From: Hormiphora californensis
Lineage: Eukaryota; Animalia; Ctenophora
Direction: 5' to 3'
NCBI GenBank assembly: GCA_020137815.1
Contig: CM035361.1
Span: 2,356,001-2,420,000 of the forward strand
Length of the DNA stretch: 64,000 nt
Shown: one piece after another, positions 51,067 to 61,000 of the stretch
How positions within the stretch are numbered: the first letter of the stretch is position 1
Layout: each line of letters begins with the position of its first letter
Position numbers and translations under genes: made by a program
Notes under the pieces: model-generated
What the model was told of the DNA's origin: nothing
The model's input: the letters and a program-made list of their open reading frames with translations, nothing else
Databases searched by the model: none

Positions 51067-52032
51067 TAGAGAGAGAGAGGGTGTTGGGTTAGAGAGAAGA
51101 GGTTGTGGGGTTGATGGCTCTCTTTTTTTTTCTTTCTCTCCCTCTGTGTGTTCTCTCGCGGCGCGCGTTTTTTTTGCGTTGTGGTTCTCGCGGCGTCCGG
51201 GGGCGCGGCGCCTGCGCATGGGAGTGTTGTGGGGCTCTCGCGGGGGTGTTTGGGGACTCCCGCCCGCCGGCGGCGGTGGTAGGGGGGTTTCAGCGCGCCG
51301 CGCGGGGTGTTTGGGGTTCGCCGCCGGGGGTGTTGGGGCTCGCCCGCGGGCGGGGGGGGCTGTTGCGCCGACGCGCGGGTGTTGGGGTTCGCGCGGGGGT
51401 GTTGGGGCTCGCTCGGGGGTTTCGGGCCTCGGCGAGGGGGTGGTTCGGGCCGCTCGTGGGTGCGAGCGCCGAGGGGGGTGTTCCCCCCCCTAGGCGGCCT
51501 TGCCTTCGCTAGCCTGTGGTCTTTTCGCGGCTGCCCTGTGTGGGGTTTTTCCGGGTGCGCGGGGGTGTTTTAGGGCTCGCGGCGGGTGTTCGGGTTCGCG
51601 CGATGAAGAGAGGGAGAGGGGAGGAGAGGGAGGTTAGAAGAAGAGGGGGGGTTAGAGAGAGAGAGGGTGTTGGGGTTAGAGAGGGGGTGTTGGGGATAGA
51701 GAGGGGGTGTTGGGGATAGAAAGAGGGGGGGGGTTAGAGAGAGAGAGGGTGTTGGGGTTAGAGAGGGGGTGTTGGGGATAGAAAGAGGGGGGGTTAGAGA
51801 GAGAGAGGGTGTTGGGGTTAGAGAGGGGGTGTTGGGGATAGAGAGGGGGTGTTAGGGATAGAGAGGGGGTGTTAGGGATAGAGAGGGGGTGAGAGAGAAG
51901 GGGGTGTTAGGGATAGAGAGGGGGTGTTAGGGATAGAAAGGGGGTGTTAGGGTTAGAGAGGGGGTGTTAGGGATAGAGAGAGGGTGTTAGGGTTAGAGAG
52001 AGGGGGTGTTAGGGATAGAGAGAGGGTGTTAG

Positions 52033-52089
<57 letters not shown>

Positions 52090-54276
52090 GTTGGGGTTAG
52101 AGAGAGGGTGTTAGGGTTAGAGAGGGGGTGTTAGGGATAGAAAGATGGAGAGAGAAAAAAGTTCTAGCTAGATAGGTGAGCTATAACAGTGTTGTCAGAC
52201 ACTGACTGTACATCGCGCAACCTCGATGCACAGTCAGACCCCAAACACAGCTTTAGAACGCGCAAAGATCAACACGCGGCGCGGTTTACACATTTTCAAC
52301 ACTTGTTCTTGTAAAAAAAGCTTCGCGCGACTTTCCCACGGTCCGTGGGAAAAGCGAGAGACGCGTTCAGACTATAGAGAGAGAAGAGTAGGCGCGCGAT
52401 AGCATTTGCTGTGTGCGGCGCGTTCCAGATTCAAGTAGACCCATTGGGGTGAGACCCTCCTCGCTACGCGAGGCCGCTACGCGGCCTCACGTAGCCGCAC
52501 CGGGCCTACGGCCCGGTGCGAAGAGGAGGGTCTCATATGAGACAATAACAGTGTATTTGAATTTTGAGGGTAAGACAGTCTGGGCGAGAAAGAAAGGGGA
52601 ACCTATTAGTGAGGAAGAAATGGCTTCCATTGAATGACAGTGGTTGATGTACTGCAGCAGAAGGGCTAGTAGCAGTGTGTATTTTGATGGATAAAAGTCA
52701 GGCGACCACCTGGCCTGATAAGACGGAAAATACTCTATCTTTTTTCTTCTCTCTCGGCTCTCGCTCTATCTTTTTTTCTTTTCTCCTCTATTTCTTCTTT
52801 TCTCTCCTTCCTTGGTTTTCTTCTCTCTTAGACTATCATTTTGCTGGCTGCTACAACTGCGGGTACACATCTGTTTTCTCTCAACTAGGCTACACCCTTT
52901 CCCAATCCTCTCTCTCTTTCTGCCCTTCTTTGTCTCTCTGTCTCTCACTCTCTCTCTCTCTCTCTCTCTAGCTCCCTCTCTCTCTCTCTCTCTCTCTCTC
53001 CCTAGTCTCTGATAAGAAAATTCCAATTCCAGAATCCAGATGATGTAAGAGAGAAGGTACCAACATATGCCCCTCCCTGTTCATGCTAACAATTGCAATA
53101 ACTGATAATGAGCTCGGTTCGTTGAAAATAGGATACGGTGATTAGGTATGTATGGGAAAATATGGTTGCATTCTTTTCATACCGATCTCACTGCAATCTC
53201 AGCTGCATGCTAACAGATCAAGGTACACCAATAGATAGTAAAGAGATGATTTATAGTGGTACGATTGGATAAAACAGAGATATAGAGATGAGAAGATTGG
53301 GTTGCTAAGAAAGGGGGCTGTCGGGAGGAGAAAGGGGGGTAAACTGGAAAATACAAACAATTTGAGAAACAAACTAACAACTAAATAAAGTTCAGAGGCA
53401 CAGACTAATAAACAATCAGAAAATTAACAATCAATCGATTAAATCAATTAAGCATACCTCAGAGAAAGGGGGAGTGGGAAGATCAGGTCTGATCTTTGCT
53501 GCATCACCGTAGGGCGTTGTTTCGATATAGCGCCTTTTTGGACTCGGCTGCAGAAAATAAATACTGTGTTATACTGCAGGGAGTAAAGGTTAGATAAATG
53601 AACATTTTAGTAACATAACCAGCATTTTGGAAGGTGAAAGCGTGAAAAGTTAAAGAAACAAGTTGTGAATTTTAGATTTTTTTTCGGTAAACTTCAGCAT
53701 AAAAAACACCACATCACACCAAAAAGACACATCCGACAATGACATGTTGTGTATTACATGAGGGAGAAATGGGGAGACATGGAAACTTCGCGAGTGAAGC
53801 CAGGGTTGTGGTGGAATGTGACCCGCTGCTATGTGATCTGTTCTATCAGTTATCTGAAACAACGTACTTAAAATCCAGGGAACTAGTTTTATCTTACACA
53901 CTGTTTTACGAAAATTATATACGATACTAGTATGTAGTATAAAACATACCGTGATTTAGGTAGTCTTAACCCTTCCAGAGACCCTATTATATTCCCTGCT
54001 ACACTTACGGAGTTGGGAGTGGCATCTTGGAGGGGTTTGAAGTGAGAGGTGGATGTTTGTTGTACCGAGCTACACCGCTTTTTGGAGCCCTCCTGCGAGA
54101 AGAGAGGGATTAGCACATCTGATTTTATTTGTTAAGAAAGGAACTATTTAACTCATTGAAATTTAATCATTACATAGTCATGAATAAATCGACAAGCCTC
54201 ATTACTCAGGAATACTAAGACCACTTACGAGGAGAACGGTGGTAGATTTTCGTTTGGCGGACTTGGCACGAATCAT
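42165..54276 (-). CDS. CCNE: Cyclin E
   Basis: Phase-compatible exons: MIRAKSAKRK; PLPHLNFAPNDKVW; RAKLLDWLVV|VCQQFHLKRETYYLAMDYTDR|FF...QLVGVTALHMAAKLE|EIYPP...MELTIMK|ALDWRL...WLNLFLQ...LIDLCTLD..SVQFRPSIIAASAL...HNIQTH...EPLTPESDS. HNIQTH and the C-terminal LTP are cyclin E hallmarks. Confidence 0.93.
47140..48800 (-). pseudogene. 5'-truncated, frameshifted R4/Dong-like non-LTR retrotransposon in a cyclin E intron
   Basis: GGRGL, AAQDQAIRTN, CRIC...HILNGC...YKHRHD, KPDLVLLD...IDVAVP...EKIEKY, IPIVIGALG (RT thumb, CCHC, restriction-like endonuclease) spread over several frames. Confidence 0.9.
51007..52140. repeat. (GA)n plus GAGAGGGGGTGTTAGGGATA-type minisatellite at the 3' end of a cyclin E intron
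   Basis: Units of about 18-22 bp; the GC-rich block 51150-51600 looks like a miscalled version of the same repeat. Confidence 0.85.
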
Positions 54277-54674
54277 CACTTTCTCCTACCAGAGGGCTGT
54301 AGTGCGGACAACAGTCAGACAAGTTCTTCAAACAATTGGAGGGGGGGATCAACAAATTCTGGGTCGATGGGCGGAAAGCAGTGGATGCTAAAAAAGCTCT
54401 TAAATAATAGATAGCAGTACAGGATACAAATAGGATATCCAGTATCAGAGTCTAAGGGCCACAATCGCCGGTTACATCTTGAAAATCGAAAGTCGAAACT
54501 TGGTGAAAACGAAAAAAGAAAAGTAAAACAAAATCAAATTTTTGCAAGACATCTCGATCTCAAAGAATTTGGTGCGCGGCAACAAATGCGACGTTTACTT
54601 CAATTATTTTGCGCGATACGTTTACTTGCTTCGAATAGAAGTCATTGAGTGCGCAACCGACGTCGCGATCCCGA

Positions 54675-55124
54675 TAGGGATCCCTAAAAAAGTTCAGTAT
54701 TTACACAGAGTTTAAAGTCCATTTTTTTTCAACTGTTCACCCAAAATTGAAATTTCAGTGAAATTAAGAATTTTCGTGGCGCGCGCTACACGTTAACATG
54801 TGATAGACGCGCAAAACAATTCCGCGCACGACTTTGGGGGGTGAACAGTTGAAAAAAAATGGAGTATACACAGTCTTTACTCAGTCGTTACACCCAGAGC
54901 GGCGCGTGCTGCGCACAGTGGCTTTTTCCAAGAAAATATTGGATTGTGTGCTGCACAATTGACAAAATTGAGCGCTGCGGCGAAAAAAGTTTCCGAAAAC
55001 GCTGCAAATCGAGTGCGAAAGACGCAGTCGTTACACCCAGAGCGGCGCGGGCGCTCTGGGTGTAACGACTGAGTAAAGACTGTGTAAACTCTGTGTAAAT
55101 ACTGAACTTTTTTAGGGATCCCTA
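54675..55124. mobile_element. TIR element (TAGGGATCCCTA ends) containing two further small inverted-repeat elements, upstream of cyclin E
   Basis: TAGGGATCCCTAAAAAAGTTCAGTATTTACACAGAGTTTA and its reverse complement at 55085-55124; inner IR pairs at about 54714-54868 and 54869-55084. Confidence 0.8.
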
Positions 55125-56071
55125 TACGAAAAAATAAAATGAAACTTTTTTCAAAAAATAAAACCCGAGACTTTTTAGTTTTCTCTCTCTCAAGCTCTTG
55201 GAATGCGCTGCAGCCCCCTCATGCGCGCACCCCCGCAATATATATTATATTAAAGTCCGTTTCAAGCGACTTGACCCGTAATTCTTGGAATTTGGCGCAT
55301 TGCGCGTGTATTTACAAAGGGGAAATCCTGAATTTCCAGGAATCTCAGGTCAAGTCGTTTGAAACGCACTTTATAAGGGGCCTGCAACGTATGCCAACTC
55401 AAGCTCGCAACGGCGGGTTTTACTAGCTTGATACCGCGTGGCCCAAAAAAAACTAAGGGTACGTTGGCCTTCTTTTCTCCTAGAAATTTAATTTCAATCA
55501 CTCTAATATTTTGTCACAATATTTGTATGGTTACTCATTCGAGGAATCCAGAGTTTCAGCCTTCTGGATGAAAATTCATTTTTTTCGCCCGAATGAACAT
55601 CTAATGAACGCCAAAACGGGACCATATTTTGGTACCAAAGTTTTACAAATTTGTTTGGCTATCGATTTCCTTTCGAACGCGACCAGTTTGAGCTTAATTG
55701 GATCACCACAAGAATCACAGTGACCAGTTTACCAAGCCTAGGTTGGGTCATGTGATCCCCATCAAATTATGACGTGTTAGCTAGAGAACTTACATTCTAA
55801 CCGACGCTGTATCGTTATACCGTCCTAATTAGCAGATGTGATACGTGATACGCGACCATTACACCTGCTTATTGGCACTTATTAATGACGCTAGCGGTTC
55901 AATAGGGGTCACTTGACCATACCTAGTGTCGGGAAAGTGGCCACTGTGTCTCTTGTGGTGGCCCAATTGAGCTAAAATTAGTCGCGTTTGAAAGGAAATC
56001 GTTACCCAAAGGCGACTGTGAAATTCCAGTTTGGAATAGTTTTCTTGTTTTCAAGTTCATTTAGGATTCAT

Positions 56072-57306
56072 CAACTACAACGTAAAACTATTTATTGAGA
56101 TATGTCCTCAGGATGTTGAGACCGCCCGTAGGGGCAGGCAGAAGTTATGACGGAGAAACTCAAGACCTCTGATGCAGATGCCGATCCACTGAAATGTGTT
56201 GATCCCTCGGTGATGGAACTACTTCGTTATGCAGTAAGAGACGTTTTGTTAATCAGGAATGGAACCAAACCGAGTCACTATCAGGTGGATGAAAAGCTGC
56301 GAATGTTATTCTTGGATTCCAGTCGATCACTGCCAGTAGACTACGCTCCAAGAAATTATGATGGAGATCAGTTCATGGCCTTCACCAAGAAACTCTGCCG
56401 TCATATTCTTCTGATAGCGAGGGAAGCTGGACAATGTATGAAAAATAACGATGAAACTGCCCGTATGAAAGAACGTCGGGAACTAGAGGAGTGTAATCGG
56501 AAACTCAAGGAGGTACAAAAAGAGCTTGGCTCATTCAAGGAAGAGGTTGATAAACATCGGGTATCAAGGATTGAGTTACAAGAGAAGCTGATTGAAGCAC
56601 AAAAAAGTTTGATTGAAGTACAAGGTCAGAAACTCAATTCGGTGTCGGAGTCTGTTCAGAAGCAATTGCAGGGCTACTCCAAAGTACTTGTCCAGAACTG
56701 CTCAGCGGCTATTGCACCATCCCGCCTCCAAGCAGCATGGAAGAAAGCGTCAGTGCCCCTTCCCACAGGCGGTACAACAGAAGAAACAACTCCTGATCGA
56801 AAGCTGAATTTGGTTTTGTTTGGGCTACCAGAAACTACTGCAAGAACCACTGAGCATGAAGTTCGAGATATTTTTACAGAGCTGAATGAAAAACCAGTCA
56901 TAACTTCCACAAAGCGAGTCGGCGAAAAGACTGATAACCGACCAAGACCAGTAATCGTTACCCTTGAAAGGAGGGAAACCTTGTTGCAGCTTCTCAGGAA
57001 AGCAAAGCAGCTCCGGGATTCAGAGAAATTTTCCTCGGTGTTTCTTTCCCCCGACCTAACACCGGAGGAACAGCGAGAACGGAAAACTCTCGTTGATACA
57101 GTGAAAGGACTGAGGCGAGACAATCCGAATGGACGATATTGGGTTAGCAGGGGGGTAATTAAATGTGGCTGACTTCTAATCAGTGACATGTGCACTGAAG
57201 AGACTTCTAATGGGACTTATTAATGGCTATCCGTTTTGCCCACAAAAAAGGGGCAGTATATGTAATGTATACATTTTAGATATAATAATAATAATAATAA
57301 TAATAA
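56072..57306 (+). mobile_element. ORF1-only retroposed element with spliced-leader-like 5' end, (TAA)8 tail and 11-bp TSD
   Basis: TTAGGATTCAT at 56061-71 and 57307-17; 5' CAACTACAACGTAAAACTATTTATTGAG; intronless ORF; (TAA)8 at 57283-57306. Confidence 0.85.
56147..57172 (+). CDS. LINE (CR1/L2/L1-type) ORF1p-like protein: coiled coil, RRM-like domain and C-terminal domain
   Basis: Intact 341-aa ORF; heptad region, then RKLNLVLFGLPE...RVG...RPRPVIVTL...KAKQLR...VFLSPDLTPEEQRERK, the conserved ORF1p pattern. Confidence 0.85.
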   Translation: MTEKLKTSDADADPLKCVDPSVMELLRYAVRDVLLIRNGTKPSHYQVDEKLRMLFLDSSRSLPVDYAPRNYDGDQFMAFTKKLCRHILLIAREAGQCMKNNDETARMKERRELEECNRKLKEVQKELGSFKEEVDKHRVSRIELQEKLIEAQKSLIEVQGQKLNSVSESVQKQLQGYSKVLVQNCSAAIAPSRLQAAWKKASVPLPTGGTTEETTPDRKLNLVLFGLPETTARTTEHEVRDIFTELNEKPVITSTKRVGEKTDNRPRPVIVTLERRETLLQLLRKAKQLRDSEKFSSVFLSPDLTPEEQRERKTLVDTVKGLRRDNPNGRYWVSRGVIKCG

Positions 57307-58093
57307 TTAGGATTCATTCCAGTCGTAAAAATGAATTTTTAGATAGAGCGCCGAAATTCTGGCTAACATCAATATCGATCAAGTGTAATGGCCCTACGAA
57401 TTTTTAGCGCCTGAATTTACCAATTTCTTGTCAAAACGGGTTAAAATCGATGTTTGGTAAAAATGACCGTTTTTCAATCATTTATTTCACCAACTAAACT
57501 TGATTCATTTTTGATAAAAACTCGGATTGCCATTTATTGTTGTTTACTCTAATGCATGGTTGCTATTTTTAAGAATAAAATCGAATTTAACCATGCGAAA
57601 ACGTGGAAAACCCCGAAAAATGAAAAAATGGGTTCATTCATGAACTTCACACTTTTATGTTTTGAAACTCCGGATTCCTCGAATGATTAACCATACAAAT
57701 ATTGTGACAAAATATCAGAGTGATCGAAATTAAAATTCTGGGAGAAAAGAAGGCCAACGTACCCTTAGTTTTTTTTGGGCCGCGCGGTTGTTATCCCATT
57801 CACCAGTAGGATGCTTGAAAATATCCAGATTAAGACTGCGTGATCTGTATTGACTAATCACAGCTCCGAATTCAACAGTGAACAAATTAAGTACGGTGGC
57901 GGATAGGTCGTAGGGTGTTTCTAGACTGTGATTGGTCACTATTGCCTTGTTAGACCCTCCTTCCCCGCGCCACGTTTGAACAAAACAAAGGTCAATACAG
58001 ATCACGTGGTTCAAACCTGAACAGTTCCTCATGGTTTCCAGTTACTAATTTCCTCATTTTCATAGCATGGTCGATGAGTCCTGATCCGGGGCA

Positions 58094-61000
58094 ATGACGA
58101 AAGCTTCCGATGTCCGAGATCTACTTGAAAGTGGAGTTCTCCTTTTCCCTGGGTCTGTCGATAAACAGCGGAATCCAGTCATCTTTGTGCGACTTGAACT
58201 CCTCAAATTCCTCGACAACTCTTCAGCAACGGAGCTGCGGGCTTTCTTAAGTTATTTTGTGAACATTTCCCGCCCTAATGTCCAAGAAAACGGTTACGTA
58301 TTCCTCGTCGATTGCACGAAAGCCTCCTCTCCCGGCAATTTTAGTGACTTCACGGAACTACTTCGGGATTTCTTTTCTGCGAAGATCAACAAAATCTATG
58401 TTGTTCAAAGATCTCCAGAAGAAAGCTATGTCGGTCGAGCATATCTCCGTGTCAAGAACCTCCTGTCAAACATGCAGGGAAGTGTGAGCTATCCCCAGGT
58501 GACTCTAACTGGTTATGAAGACATCTCCCGGGTAGTTGACCTCAACCAGGTACCCAGTTACTTTGATGGGCACATGGACTTTGATGAGCGGCTCTGGGTT
58601 GAAACACGGGCTGAGCTGGAGAAGTTTATTGCTGATTATAGGGAACATTCTGCTGTGATTTCAAAACAACAGGAAAAGTTGATTCGACCAATGCCAAGGA
58701 CACTGGCGGAGCTTAAGCACGTTCCAGGAATCGATTGCACCGTTAAGGACTGAGGTATATCTACCTGCCAGGGGTGTTGTTAGTCAGGGTGAGGCAGTTG
58801 ATTGAGGAGGAGAGGGCCGGGAGGAACGGGGATAAGTCTCGGTTTCCAGTACTGTCCCCTTTCTGTAATCCATGTGATACACACTAAAAACCTCCAGGAA
58901 GCATTCGATAGACTCTCCGAAATTACGGACAATTTCCTAAATCTGTGGGGTTTACAACTTCAAAAGGTCCATCTTGAACGGTTCTGCCTCTCACAAACAC
59001 TACTTACCACGAAACTCACTGATTTGTTATCGACATTGGACGACACAGTGGACATAACAGTGAAATCTGTTACGACCCAGTTGTCTTTTTATGGTAGTAT
59101 CCAGTCGACCCTCAGTAAAAGTGATGAGGTGTTATTCAATGGTGCGATGGAGTCCTGGACGTGTCTTAGAGATTGGGGTTTCACAGAGAAATTACCTGCT
59201 GATGAACTACAGGATCAGGTATGTGTTGTTAAATTGTTAGCAATTATTGTCAGATGAAACAGTTCCAACTAGTTTATATATTTCAACGTTAGTACACCCA
59301 AGTTTATAGGTCATACTCATATTCTTAATTGTGTCTGATTATCACTTGTTATATTGTTTGTATGTGTGTGTTGTTATAGCAACTATATCCAATTGAAATC
59401 TTTCATATATAACTCAATCCCTTATAAATGATTCGTGTCGAATATTATATTTACATCCCCCCATGAGATGTAATAATGAGTCAGCTGTAGAGATAGGGTT
59501 GTTATGTTCTAACCCTCATTTACAGAGAGAGAGAGGGTCGAATAGGGATAGGCAAGAGATAGGGAGTGTTTGAGAGAGAGAATATTGAGAAATAGAGGAG
59601 AGAGGTACGAGAGATTAAGAGAAAGGGAGGGAGAGAGATATGTTGAAGCCATGGATATATTCTCTTGTACTATCATTATATAGCACCACGTCAACAACAG
59701 CATGTATAGGAGATTAGGACTCTCTTTGTCTTTGATAAAGGAGCGGTCCAGGAGAGAGAATTAGATAATTAGAACATGCCACGAGGCACGAATTGATGAC
59801 ATTTTAAATCTTATTCCTAGGGGAAATAGCTCATATTATGCGTCTTTTCTGTCCCTCAACTCTCGAATAGATCATGAGATCAGTTAGAGATCCATAACTG
59901 ACAAGGACTGTACAAATGTATTTTTATCTGATTTGAGATCAGTTTGATCACATTGGTTAATGCAATGAATGTTCACCAAAATGGGTGTAGGCTTTATTAA
60001 TGCACACTTTTCCTTTCCGTACGGGGGAAGTCTCAAAGGGACGCGAGGAATTAGGGGTAGTGTGTACTAGGGTAATGTGAGTGTAGAGCGAGAACTCAAT
60101 TTGTGCACCTGTGCAGCAGAGAGAAGGGAGGGATAGAGAGGGATTGAGAGAGAGAGAGAGAGAGGGAGACGTAGAGAGAGAACATTCCGGCCTCAATGTG
60201 TCAGACCGGAATATAAATCGTGTACAGCTGCACATGTATAATACAGGCACCTACTATTATGCACGTTGCATAATCCAGGGTATAATATATAATCTATTGA
60301 GTTGAAATTGCATTCGTACATCCTTCTCAGTTCTTCATTCTCTAGCACACAGTCACACGATACAATCTAATCTACAAATGAAAATATATGTTATTGACTT
60401 CATCGTTCTCAATTTTGTTTGTATCTGTTTGTCTGTACAACTGCAATATATACGAGACCTCATTAAAACAGTAATATAATAGTCTGCCGGGGACTGAACT
60501 AATACAGTAGGTGTTACTATGGCAACATTTCATTTTCTCTATCTATATTCTCTGTCTCTCTCCCTCTTGTTCTTTGACTCTCATTAACTTTCATTTATTC
60601 CTCACTTCAAATCCTCACCAAATGTTTATCACAGGCCCGTATAATAATATCCCCTTTTTTAACATTAAACATTATCAGATTTAAAGTGAAAATCATTATA
60701 TTATGGATTAATCAAAACTTCCTATTATTTCAGGTGAATAAGTTAACGACACAGTGGTTAAAAGTAAAACAGGATCTTCAACACAAAATAGAAATCCTAG
60801 ATCGATACAACAAAGCACAAATTGTAAGTTAAAATAAATCTTTACATGGTGCGAATTGTTCATTCATGTGCTTGAATCTAGATAATGTTATTTTTGAATA
60901 GAATATAAAATTAATTTCGATCAGTTTGTACAATCATATCAACCTCTGTTTTTACAATCTCACCAACCCTAGCGTATAGCAGAGAGTGTGGTTAGGTTCG

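Larger units (their letters stand above)
55434..57787. mobile_element. Non-autonomous TIR element (about 115-bp TIRs) hosting the retroposed ORF1 insertion
   Basis: CCGCGTGGCCCAAAAAAAACTAAGGGTACGTTGGCCTTCTTTTCTCC...GAGGAATCC at 55434-55549 is inverted at 57672-57787; no clear TSD. Confidence 0.8.

Noticed and set aside
51105-51719. GC-rich Gly/Arg ORFs
   Set aside because: They follow the period of the surrounding GAGAGGGTGTTGGGGTTA repeat with A replaced by C/T; probably low-quality base calls inside a cyclin E intron.
54540-54670. E2F sites in the cyclin E promoter
   Set aside because: Only imperfect matches (TTTTGCGCGA, TTTGGTGCGC); not distinguishable from chance.
56072-56110. SL RNA gene
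   Set aside because: No GT donor or Sm-site-containing intron portion follows TTGAG; the motif is joined directly to mRNA-like sequence.
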